A DNA stretch of 32,000 nucleotides from Vibrio vulnificus CMCP6. Its GTDB lineage: Bacteria; Pseudomonadota; Gammaproteobacteria; Enterobacterales; Vibrionaceae. Location: positions 90,001 to 122,000 of the forward strand of contig NC_004459.3 of the NCBI RefSeq assembly GCF_000039765.1, given 5' to 3'. Shown here one piece after another: positions 8,965 through 17,177 of the stretch; the stretch's first letter is position 1, and every line of letters starts with the position of its first letter. Made by a program: the position numbers and the translations under genes. The notes under the pieces are model-generated. The model did no database searches. It was not told the origin of the DNA and saw only the letters and a list, made by a program, of their open reading frames with translations.

Positions 8965-9402
8965 TCATGACCTTACAGCTAAATCATCGGCTCGGAAAAA
9001 AGGATATTTGAATGGAGATGGATGTTTTAAGCAAACTTCTAGAATCACATGCTCGGTCACCGCTTTGGAAACATCAATCCTTGTATGTAAAATCCCCGCA
9101 GATTCATCTCCTGGGAACTCAGGGTCTTTGCCATCCGAGTACATTTTATAACCAAAATGGTAATGATACTGACGCTTATTCTCTGCATCTTCTAAAAATG
9201 TATTTTGAAAAGCAGTTCGTTTATGTTCAGGCGTTTTCATTTTCCAGCTTGGTTTGTATTTGCCTCTAAGTTCATCAGGGGGAGTCAGCCCATTGAAATT
9301 AATCGGTTGAACAAAATGTTTGTAAACACTGTCAATCACATCACGTTCCAGCTTTTTCATTTCATCAAGAACGGTTCTCGTAAAGTAAGCTTTATGTTCC
9401 AT
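8965..9402 (-). CDS. Hypothetical protein, candidate toxin partner of Panacea-domain gene
   Basis: 145-aa ORF (MEHKAYFTRTVLDEMKKLERDVIDSVYKHF...) starting 5 nt after the Panacea stop codon. No family recognised by eye. Confidence 0.7.
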   Translation of the reverse strand: MEHKAYFTRTVLDEMKKLERDVIDSVYKHFVQPINFNGLTPPDELRGKYKPSWKMKTPEHKRTAFQNTFLEDAENKRQYHYHFGYKMYSDGKDPEFPGDESAGILHTRIDVSKAVTEHVILEVCLKHPSPFKYPFFRADDLAVRS

Positions 9403-9407
9403 TTTTA

Positions 9408-9983
9408 CTATACGCTTTGTATCCAGTTATAGAAATCATCAGCATTTTGAATGGTCTGCGGAACTTCAATGACTTCAGATTCCATAGCTGCTTCCATTCT
9501 GTCCATGTGAATTGAAAGCAATCTGTCATGCTGCTCATTCAGCTCTTGAGCAAAGAAATCAATAAGCTCTTGATGAGTTATCGTTTGATAATCAACTTTC
9601 TTACTTTCTTTACTAACATGAGCTAACCAAGGAGCCTCTCTATGGCTTTTCTCTCTAAGTTGCCAAGCTCCCATGTTACCTAATGTCATTAAAACAAAGT
9701 CTATGGTTTGAACAGCCCTGTCTGAAAGTTCACAAATAGCATTACCAACCGATGCTGTAATTGTTCCTTTTTTGTACGTTTGATATTCTTCGTACAATGA
9801 ACGAACTACTGGGCCATGATCCCACGCCTTTAGATCTTCATCAAAAAGTGGCTCTTCGTATTGAGCAAGATGATACCCCTGGCAATAGTAAGCGAGCTTT
9901 TGTAGCTTTAAATTGCTTACTTGTATGCCATTTTCGCTTGCTCTTTGTAGCAATGCTTTTGCGAAGATATCAGCAGAGACCAT
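9408..9983 (-). CDS. Panacea/SocA-like (DUF4065) domain protein, probable antitoxin
   Basis: NLKLQKLAYYCQGYHLAQYEEPLFDEDLKAWDHGPVVRSLYEEYQTYKKG is the hallmark Panacea motif. Confidence 0.85.
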   Translation of the reverse strand: MVSADIFAKALLQRASENGIQVSNLKLQKLAYYCQGYHLAQYEEPLFDEDLKAWDHGPVVRSLYEEYQTYKKGTITASVGNAICELSDRAVQTIDFVLMTLGNMGAWQLREKSHREAPWLAHVSKESKKVDYQTITHQELIDFFAQELNEQHDRLLSIHMDRMEAAMESEVIEVPQTIQNADDFYNWIQSV

Positions 9984-10022
9984 TGGAAACTCCCATAAAA
10001 TTTGAGGCGGGATAGTACAAAA

Positions 10023-10047
10023 GATAGCAAATGTTTACAATGCTATC
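10023..10047. promoter_or_regulatory. Operator-like palindrome upstream of Panacea gene
   Basis: GATAGCA-N11-TGCTATC, 40 nt upstream of the start codon at 9983. Confidence 0.5.
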
Positions 10048-10126
10048 CTTATATATATTCACTTATTGCCATATAGATTACACTTTTACTTAACTTTTAC
10101 GTCAGCACCATGCTGCAAAAAACAAA

Positions 10127-10150
10127 AGGCCCCCGGAAACTCAGGAGCCT
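10127..10150 (-). terminator. Likely Rho-independent terminator downstream of RelE-like gene
   Basis: Minus strand AGGCTCCTGAGTTTCCGGGGGCCT followed by a T-rich tract. Confidence 0.6.
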
Positions 10151-10190
10151 ATCTGTAAGTTAAAAATCTTGTTTTGGTTCTAAGAGTAAG

Positions 10191-10520
10191 CTATCCGATA
10201 AGCTTTAAATCAGCCTTCCTGCTCTTTTTCATAGACTCGTAGTAATTCTCATGAGGCCCAACGTTTAAAAGATAGAGCTCCAGCTTATCTTCGACCCAAG
10301 AGTATCCAAGTAGCACCTCTTGTTTATCCATTTTGAACTTGTGTACCCATAAATGGGATAGATCCCCCTTTTTACGTGTACCAAGCTCTGGATTCTCTAT
10401 GATCTTATCAATCTCATCTTCCACCACTACACATTGAGCTTCAGATAACTTGCTCATTTGTTTAGAAAAACGATTTGTTTCGTAAACATCAATCTGCTTT
10501 TCGTTTTGTTCGTCGCTCAT
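10191..10520 (-). CDS. RelE/ParE-superfamily toxin-like protein
   Basis: 109 aa, YETNRFSKQMSKLSEAQCVVVEDEIDKIIENPELGTRKKGDLSHLWVHKFKMDKQEVLLGYSWVEDKLELYLLNVGPHENYY is a RelE-like pattern. Confidence 0.75.
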   Translation of the reverse strand: MSDEQNEKQIDVYETNRFSKQMSKLSEAQCVVVEDEIDKIIENPELGTRKKGDLSHLWVHKFKMDKQEVLLGYSWVEDKLELYLLNVGPHENYYESMKKSRKADLKLIG

Positions 10521-10725
10521 AGCGTTTTACCTTACCGAGTTTTACTTCCTCGGAAGCCAAAAGCGATTCTTGTACAAAGCTATAAGGTAAGTCTGGGTTA
10601 TCTGTCATTATTTTTCCGATTTTAGCCCAATACTCAATCTGCTTAGGCACAGAACGCATTTCTGCTTCCGCATGAACCTTGACGTCAGACACAAAATCAT
10701 CGTCTAGGCGAATACTTGTTGCCAT
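10489..10725 (-). CDS. ParD-like antitoxin
   Basis: 78 aa, MATSIRLDDDFVSDVKVHAEAEMRSVPKQIEYWAKIGKIMTDNPDLPYSF, ribbon-helix-helix ParD-like. Overlaps the toxin start by 32 nt. Confidence 0.75.
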   Translation of the reverse strand: MATSIRLDDDFVSDVKVHAEAEMRSVPKQIEYWAKIGKIMTDNPDLPYSFVQESLLASEEVKLGKVKRYERRTKRKAD

Positions 10726-11216
10726 AGCAATTCTCCTCTAGCTTTATCATTGCACTTAACGGGAAGCTTATTTGCTAAAATTAAGCGCACATCTATGACG
10801 CAAATTTGCTGCATCGCTTTATACAACCTAAAAACTTCATCAAGCTTAAATAATCGATTCCTCTTCAAAAGCAAATTGCTTTTAACCATGATCCGAATAA
10901 GACAAAGTAAATGACTGTATTTATTTAAAAAGTTTCTCTGTTTCTTTGTATTCTGATTAGACTCAATTGGCGTATCAACAACACAAGATATGCCAAGTAT
11001 CCGCTCAATGTTTTCTAGCTGCTGCTCAAAATCAATCCTTCTTTTGGCAAGCTCTTCAAAACCAAAGTCAATAATTCTCATCCTCGCAAACATTAGCAAC
11101 TCCCAAGCGAACTTCGATGTTTCCGCACACCAATAATGCAACAATTTGTCGCACAAAGCAACATATGAAGTAATGAATAGAAAGATAGGGCTAACTGCCC
11201 TGTCACCAGCAAACAT
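10704..11216 (-). CDS. Hypothetical protein upstream of ParD-like antitoxin
   Basis: 170-aa ORF; an internal start (MFARMRIIDFGFEELAKRRIDFEQQ...) is plausible. Coding status inferred only from ORF length and direction. Confidence 0.35.
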   Translation of the reverse strand: MFAGDRAVSPIFLFITSYVALCDKLLHYWCAETSKFAWELLMFARMRIIDFGFEELAKRRIDFEQQLENIERILGISCVVDTPIESNQNTKKQRNFLNKYSHLLCLIRIMVKSNLLLKRNRLFKLDEVFRLYKAMQQICVIDVRLILANKLPVKCNDKARGELLWQQVFA

Positions 11217-11253
11217 TCGGTGTTAGGAAGAAGACGAACTGCACATTATCCAA

Positions 11254-11280
11254 CATCAAAGATGAAAATGCACTTTGATG
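11254..11280. promoter_or_regulatory. Operator-like palindrome between divergent ORFs
   Basis: CATCAAAG-N11-CTTTGATG between the ORF at 10704-11216 (-) and the ORF at 11322-11861 (+). Confidence 0.35.
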
Positions 11281-11321
11281 CTTATAGCATTGAATAAACC
11301 GAAAAATCGAGATAATGATGC

Positions 11322-11861
11322 ATGGATAGGGTTGATTTCACACTAGAGCAAAAACAGCAAATGCTTGTTGGTATTGATAGGTTTTTCAAGCGATACGGTA
11401 GCTACCCAATTGATGACCAAACCTATTCACTTATCGCTATGTGTCTTTGGGATAGCAAGGGATTTCAAGTTCCACCGCTCTACGATGATGCAGACATAAC
11501 TCTAAATAACGACTTTGAAAGTAAATATCGCCTTATTAAAGCCGTAACTATATTGTGCTCGGGTGGGAAAAAACCTCTCGGATACGGGATTCTTTTAAAC
11601 TTTTACTTCAATCTATTTCAAACAGTCATTTCAAGACTACAGCTACTCCATGAAGAGTTACCTGTAGCTATCAAACACGTTATCTCACCACTTTTCGTCG
11701 AAGATAAAGTACTTCGAGATTACGTATATCAAGACTTCGATGGATTAGGAAATGGACTGACTAAAGTAGGAAAAATATACATTCATCCACTTTGGTCCAC
11801 TTATATGTTTCGTGAAGAAGTAGTTTTCGAAGATGAGTTGCTTCATTATCCCAAAGCCTGA
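11322..11861 (+). CDS. Hypothetical cargo (moron) protein
   Basis: 179-aa ORF on the strand opposite to the structural operon, ending in its own terminator. Confidence 0.65.
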   Translation: MDRVDFTLEQKQQMLVGIDRFFKRYGSYPIDDQTYSLIAMCLWDSKGFQVPPLYDDADITLNNDFESKYRLIKAVTILCSGGKKPLGYGILLNFYFNLFQTVISRLQLLHEELPVAIKHVISPLFVEDKVLRDYVYQDFDGLGNGLTKVGKIYIHPLWSTYMFREEVVFEDELLHYPKA

Positions 11862-11880
11862 ATCATCAGGCTTTTTTAAC
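11858..11880 (+). terminator. Rho-independent terminator of the + strand cargo gene
   Basis: AGCCTGA-ATCA-TCAGGCT-TTTTT. Confidence 0.8.
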
Positions 11881-12054
11881 CACTGGCACTTTTACCCAAC
11901 GCTTGCAACGGCATAGTGCTTCCCCTTCGAGCAGCTTAACGCATCGAGAACGAATGATGCCTTCACTATCGCAGATGCGATGACCACATAGGCACATCAC
12001 TTCACTGACGCGCTGACCGTTATCCTGAGGCTGATGTTTTTTTAACGTATTCAT
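11866..12054 (-). CDS. Com-like zinc-finger regulator (Mu Com family)
   Basis: 62 aa with MCLCGHRICDSEGIIRSRCVKLLEGEALCRCKRWV; CxC..CxC cysteine arrangement and RCxRCKR-like end as in Com proteins. Confidence 0.55.
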   Translation of the reverse strand: MNTLKKHQPQDNGQRVSEVMCLCGHRICDSEGIIRSRCVKLLEGEALCRCKRWVKVPVVKKA

Positions 12055-12150
12055 TATTAGCTCCTAGCGTTGGCTGGTTATTTCCAGTCCTACTTTTAAC
12101 TGACGTATGTATTATAAAGCTTGCTACGTGGAAAACAGGGGGCAAGTTAT

Positions 12151-13239
12151 TCACAGGTTTGTAGTATCAATGCCTTTTCGTTTCAGCACTGGCTCTAGGT
12201 GCTTCCAAGGGGTCGCAATCATCCCTTGGGTTAAGTGGCCTTGTTGTAAAGCGGATACTTTCTTGTTGTGCCCTAGCACCGCTTTCTGTGTCGCCTGGCT
12301 TTGGCTTTTCAGCCAATCAATTCGTGTTGTTGCATCTGCTTTGTCTTCTTCCGTCACTTCATCAACAAACACCACTTGCTCATAACTCAAGGTGTTAGGA
12401 TGCGCTGGCCACGGGCTTTTACCTCGTGGGTATACGCCACGGCCAAGGCCATAAAGATTTGCCATGGCGTGCATATCGCAGATATCCCTTTTGGGATGGT
12501 TCGGGCTTAGCTTGAACTTAGTCCCCACTACAAACTCATCTTCAAAAGCAGAGTTCTGAAACGCCATGCCGTAGGCTCGGTTAATCTCCGTTCTCATCAC
12601 TCGCTTGATTTGGTGATACGGTGCACCTTGATCTTCCATGAGCACATCACTGACCTTTTTATTGATTCCAGAGCTGCTGGCCATAGTCATTTGCTGAGCA
12701 ATATGGGACGGAACAGGCTGCATGCGGCGCTGATAATCCTGCGCGGCTTCGGATGCTGACTGGCCGAGGATAACGGCGCGTTCCACCGCGTTGGTTAGCT
12801 CTTGTTTTGCGTTGCGATGAACCCGCCAAAGGCGGTCACTCAGTTGTAACCCATCTTTCTGCTGCATGGTTCGGGTTGCCAGAACGGCAGCATCAATCGA
12901 CTCAGAAACTTTTGCGGCAGGAATACTGCTGCTGAACGTGTTCCCACCGTTTTTGGCCGCTTCGACAATATACCCTTCCACCATGCTCGATTGCTTTTGG
13001 TTTACTTGGTTGAGAATCTCCTCTATCTGCCTAGTGAGGGTATGTAACTGGGAAAGTCGAACTTGACCTAATTCATCGGCCGCGTGGCTAATCAGAAACT
13101 GGATTTCGACCAGTGCCGCCTGATAGAGATCGGTGAGATCCTGCATGGCTTGCGCATCCAGCTCATTGGTAGCACGCTGCGCTGCCTGCATCGCTCTGCG
13201 GATAGTCGCTTTAACTTGTGTGCGTTGATTGACTGCCAT
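12151..13239 (-). CDS. Mu protein F-like minor head/head morphogenesis protein
   Basis: 362 aa, HQIKRVMRTEINRAYGMAFQNSAFEDEFVVGTKFKLSPNHPKRDICDMHA...; follows the portal gene. Confidence 0.8.
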   Translation of the reverse strand: MAVNQRTQVKATIRRAMQAAQRATNELDAQAMQDLTDLYQAALVEIQFLISHAADELGQVRLSQLHTLTRQIEEILNQVNQKQSSMVEGYIVEAAKNGGNTFSSSIPAAKVSESIDAAVLATRTMQQKDGLQLSDRLWRVHRNAKQELTNAVERAVILGQSASEAAQDYQRRMQPVPSHIAQQMTMASSSGINKKVSDVLMEDQGAPYHQIKRVMRTEINRAYGMAFQNSAFEDEFVVGTKFKLSPNHPKRDICDMHAMANLYGLGRGVYPRGKSPWPAHPNTLSYEQVVFVDEVTEEDKADATTRIDWLKSQSQATQKAVLGHNKKVSALQQGHLTQGMIATPWKHLEPVLKRKGIDTTNL

Positions 13240-13244
13240 GAGTA

Positions 13245-14624
13245 TTACCCGTTGCTGATGGACGTTGCACTTTCACCTTTCGGCTGATTGTTTGGAGTGA
13301 TGCTGACTTTATGCGCCGGCTTATTGTCCTCGTCATCGATGTCGTGGTTTTCTGGGTATGGGTCTTTACTGTTTGCCTCATCCTCACGCATGGCTTCTGC
13401 ACGTTGAACATCGACGCCTGCAGCTTCCCAAGCCAATTTCCTCGGCATACCCAGCGCCTGATATTTAAGGGCCAAGTCTGCGCGTTGGTTTTTGCTGTCT
13501 GTCATTCGTTCAGCAAACTGGATCTGGAACTGGTACGAATCCGGATTGATGCCAGCTAACAGCAGTTGCAGTTTAAAACCATCTTCATAGGCATACGCCA
13601 GCGCATCTTGCAGGGCATCAATCTCTTCGTAGTAATCGCGTTTTAAATCTTCAAGAACGTCTCGAGCGAGATCGTCTACATAGCCAAACAATCCCTTAGG
13701 TGCAGGCGCTCCGGAAAAGAAGGCATCGATGAGCAATGTGATATCGGCAATCTGCTCTAGGTTGGCATCACCACCGATAGCCGTGACGCTCAGTTTGTTA
13801 CCGTAAAAGTCAGTGGCAATTTCTCCCGATTGTCCTTCCACTCGTTCACGGTATTCATCTAAAGCTTTGCTATCAGCCCCATCGAGCGAATGCGCTAGCT
13901 TTTGCGGTGCTCGAGTTCGCCGACGAATCACCAGATCCTCTTCTGTCATGATCAGCTTTTGCCAGATGGGCCTCGCGGCATCGAGATATGGGCGCCCCAT
14001 ACAACCCATATCATCAAAGTTATCTGGGTCTAATCGGCTTACGGTGAGCTGCCAGAGCGGAAAAGTACACAGCTCTTCGTAGGTCAGTGGGTCTACCTGA
14101 CGAAATGCTTGTTTGACGTCTTTGAAACGTCCGGTTCGGTCCACGATGGGAATAATCGTTTCGGTCGGCATACGTACCGAGCTCGTCACCTGACGCTGCT
14201 CGTTGACCACCCACTGCAGCGGTAAGTTGCCCTCTTTGGCCAAGCCTGCGGCATCACTCATCAGCTTCATGCGGTTGTTGAGCTGCAAGCGAAGCGTAAA
14301 CTGTTGCCAAAGTTTGCTGACACGGGTGCTTTCTTTGCCAATCCAATGCAGTTTCAAACCGCCTTTGGTGGCATCACGCGCAATGCGGCGATGAATCTTT
14401 TTCACCCGTGGATCAACCTTATCCATGTAACGCAGCATCACAATAGCGGCGCGTAGGTTCGGATCTATCTGCATTTGGTCGTAAAGGTATTGCACTGAAC
14501 GTTCAGGGTCTGCGATGTGGCCTTTCTCAGTCGTGACATGGCCATGCTGATTACCGGAGGTATTAGGCGCGGAAGGGAGAGGCTTGTTTCTCAATATGGC
14601 CCAAATTTGGGATAACTTGCTCAT
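13245..14624 (-). CDS. Phage portal protein (Mu gp29/DUF935-like)
   Basis: 459 aa, DPNLRAAIVMLRYMDKVDPRV...GVDVQRAEAMREDEANS; between terminase and protein F genes. Confidence 0.8.
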   Translation of the reverse strand: MSKLSQIWAILRNKPLPSAPNTSGNQHGHVTTEKGHIADPERSVQYLYDQMQIDPNLRAAIVMLRYMDKVDPRVKKIHRRIARDATKGGLKLHWIGKESTRVSKLWQQFTLRLQLNNRMKLMSDAAGLAKEGNLPLQWVVNEQRQVTSSVRMPTETIIPIVDRTGRFKDVKQAFRQVDPLTYEELCTFPLWQLTVSRLDPDNFDDMGCMGRPYLDAARPIWQKLIMTEEDLVIRRRTRAPQKLAHSLDGADSKALDEYRERVEGQSGEIATDFYGNKLSVTAIGGDANLEQIADITLLIDAFFSGAPAPKGLFGYVDDLARDVLEDLKRDYYEEIDALQDALAYAYEDGFKLQLLLAGINPDSYQFQIQFAERMTDSKNQRADLALKYQALGMPRKLAWEAAGVDVQRAEAMREDEANSKDPYPENHDIDDEDNKPAHKVSITPNNQPKGESATSISNG

Positions 14625-16249
14625 CGTAGGTTCCTTAACAAGTTGAATGCGCCTGGTGCGCCTAATAGTTGTTCTCGAGTTTTGTGGTTGATGGTGATGA
14701 TGCTCGGGACAGGTGCAGCCCCTTGGGTAACTAACGCCCAGTGGCTTGCCATGTGTGCATCAAATAGGTCATCGCCAATGGTTTTCTTCACCATTTGGTA
14801 GCTGCTGTAGCTGCCAGATTTAACTGGTGAGGGTTTTATGTTTTTTAACTGCCGTGGCAAGGCAACATAGTCTTCCAACTGTGGGTCTGATTCCCTGTCA
14901 TCGACATACGGCAACACCATTTGTCTGTTGTGGTATGCGCTGCGTAGTGATTGCGCCATTTGATGTTTGGCCATGCCTTCAAATCGTAGCGGCGAGAATG
15001 CCCACTCTGGCCAAGTGGATGCGGTGCTTTCGCCGCCGCCAATGGTTCTGCGGTCGATTTGCGTTAGCCCTTCAGCAAAAAGATCATCGTTAACCTGCGT
15101 GATAAGGCCAATTCCAAAGGCATCACCAATCGCGTAATCCGGCCGAAAGTAACGCCAGAACCCGACAAGGTCTTTGCGAATCACCCCTTCATCAGTTCCC
15201 GGGTGCCACGTTTTACAGAAGATCACGACAGACCAATTGCCCACCTGCTCTTCAATGACCAATGACGAACGCGAAGAGGCAAGGTTCTCACCGTGGCCTG
15301 TATGGTCATATCCCCAAGCGATAACACCACGCTTTTTGTACACCGCATAGGGATCAGGCTCGGCAGGTTCCAAACCAATTTTGGCGCCAACTTGAATGGC
15401 GTAACGAATGTACTTTTCCCAGATGAGGTTTTTCGCCGCCACGTTGATACACAGCAACTGACGAATGTATTCATCCTCAGGCAGCTGCTTACGCATGGAC
15501 ATAATGAACTCTTCATTCAAAATACCCAGCTCTATGCCGAGGTAACAATCAACGGTAGGTAAGCAGTGATACTCGCCAGAATCAATCAAGCCGCTTAACG
15601 TGTCGGCGCCTTTGAATACTCCGGTGATGCGAATTTGTGGTTTGTTTATCGCGGTTTTACTCGCGCCTAAACGACGACTTGAACCCATCATCAATAAGAA
15701 ACGGCCATAGAGACGATCGGCATCGAGGTCGTCCACTTCTTCCAATGACGCCCAAGTCAAATCGCCACCGTCGACGTTGGCCATGATGCCGTAAGCCCGT
15801 GCTTTGGAGCGGTTCGCAAACTCATAGTAGGTATCGGCCAACTGCTTGCGACCTGACTTGTAAGCGATGAAGCCACTCAAGATATCGGAACGACGAATGG
15901 CATCCAGGTGATAACCGAGGTTCACCAGTGACTGTGCTTCTCTGGGCGCGACGATACCGCCCTCTTGATCACCATTGATTGCGTTCCAGTTAAGAAAGTA
16001 CATCTCTTTTACGGCTGTTTTACCTGTCCGGCGGCAACTGAAATCAACCGTGTTCTGATGGATATCCATCTCTTCCATTTTGAGCAGCTGAACAGGGTCC
16101 AACTCGACATTGTGAACGTGTTTGTGCCACATGCCGTGGTTGTCTGCGTAACGCATGATCTCTTTTTGCGCTCGACTCTGAATTTCGACGCGCTCTTTCG
16201 CGCTAATACGGTCAGCCACGATCGACTTCTCCATCGATGTAGTCGCCAT
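14621..16249 (-). CDS. Large terminase subunit
   Basis: HQNTVDFSCRRTGKTAVKEMYFLNW (Walker A-like) and nuclease-like RPDYAIGDAFGIGLITQVND. The track ORF reaches 16321; internal start MATTSMEKSIVADRISAKERV at 16249 is plausible. Confidence 0.82.
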   Translation of the reverse strand: MATTSMEKSIVADRISAKERVEIQSRAQKEIMRYADNHGMWHKHVHNVELDPVQLLKMEEMDIHQNTVDFSCRRTGKTAVKEMYFLNWNAINGDQEGGIVAPREAQSLVNLGYHLDAIRRSDILSGFIAYKSGRKQLADTYYEFANRSKARAYGIMANVDGGDLTWASLEEVDDLDADRLYGRFLLMMGSSRRLGASKTAINKPQIRITGVFKGADTLSGLIDSGEYHCLPTVDCYLGIELGILNEEFIMSMRKQLPEDEYIRQLLCINVAAKNLIWEKYIRYAIQVGAKIGLEPAEPDPYAVYKKRGVIAWGYDHTGHGENLASSRSSLVIEEQVGNWSVVIFCKTWHPGTDEGVIRKDLVGFWRYFRPDYAIGDAFGIGLITQVNDDLFAEGLTQIDRRTIGGGESTASTWPEWAFSPLRFEGMAKHQMAQSLRSAYHNRQMVLPYVDDRESDPQLEDYVALPRQLKNIKPSPVKSGSYSSYQMVKKTIGDDLFDAHMASHWALVTQGAAPVPSIITINHKTREQLLGAPGAFNLLRNLR

Positions 16250-17177
16250 CTTCAGCGCCGTGTTCCTGGCTGTGCTCAATAAGGATGTCGTCATTACGGA
16301 TACGCTGACGAGAGCGCGCAATCATTTCTCGCAGGCCCGACATCTGCTCTTTCATCTGCTTCTGATATTCCAGTGCAGATTCACGTTCATCCTCTTGCTC
16401 CTGCATCCGGCCCAACTCCAAACCGTGGTCAGTTTGAATTTTCGGCGTCATGTTGAGATCGGACATCGAGAGATTGTTTTTGCTCAGCATCTCGAGCATA
16501 GGTTTTAGCAGTGGGTGTGCTTTGACCTCTTCAATGATTGTCTTTTCTCCACGGTCATTAGTGTACTGACCGATGTGAAAACCACCTTCTTTGTCGAAGT
16601 CATACACTGGATTACGCAAGGCAACGCCATCAGCAACAATGGTTTGCATCATGTCTTGGAAGATAGCCGCCATGTTTGCCTGATTGATGGCGTGTAGTTC
16701 GGTGAGCTTGCTCGGGTCGTTGGACTGAAACGCAATAAGGTGCTGCATCATCAGTTCTGTTCGTTTAATACATGCTGGCTGAGTCGCGCAATACGCTTGG
16801 TCGACATCACAAGTGGCACACTGCGGATACTTGCCAGGGCGAGCGGGGAAAAACAAGGCGGTTCTCGCCGTTGCTCCGTGCTTCAGGGCATTGAATCGGC
16901 TCAGTGCTCTGTCGCTCACAGCCTGAAGATTGGCTGATGATCGCGCCTTACCTTCCGCTGTTTTTGGGCCTGTCGCAGCTAATACCGCACAAAACTGACC
17001 AACTTCCCAAGGCACTTGCTGCACCTCTCGCTGACAGCCATCACACACCGCAAAGTATCGAAATGGGTGGGCGCGATTGGGCTCATCTTCAATGCGGGTT
17101 GGTTCGCTTTTGAAGGTGTATTCGCAGGTATTGCACTTGAATGTAACCATGGATTTAGGCTGATTATTCTGTTTCAT
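16212..17177 (-). CDS. Zinc-ribbon phage protein, possible small terminase/packaging adaptor
   Basis: 321 aa; CNTCEYTFKS...YFAVCDGCQREV and CATCDVDQAYCATQPAC cysteine pairs, immediately upstream of terL. Confidence 0.55.
   Translation of the reverse strand: MKQNNQPKSMVTFKCNTCEYTFKSEPTRIEDEPNRAHPFRYFAVCDGCQREVQQVPWEVGQFCAVLAATGPKTAEGKARSSANLQAVSDRALSRFNALKHGATARTALFFPARPGKYPQCATCDVDQAYCATQPACIKRTELMMQHLIAFQSNDPSKLTELHAINQANMAAIFQDMMQTIVADGVALRNPVYDFDKEGGFHIGQYTNDRGEKTIIEEVKAHPLLKPMLEMLSKNNLSMSDLNMTPKIQTDHGLELGRMQEQEDERESALEYQKQMKEQMSGLREMIARSRQRIRNDDILIEHSQEHGAEDGDYIDGEVDRG

Noticed and set aside
11190-11236. CTAAC...GTTAG sequence near the cargo island considered as an integron attC site
   Set aside because: Too short (about 40 nt), lacks proper R/L box pairing, and no integron integrase is present.
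14827-15562. Multiple 60-97 aa ORFs antisense or in alternative frames within terL
   Set aside because: Shadow ORFs in GC-balanced coding DNA, with no independent support.
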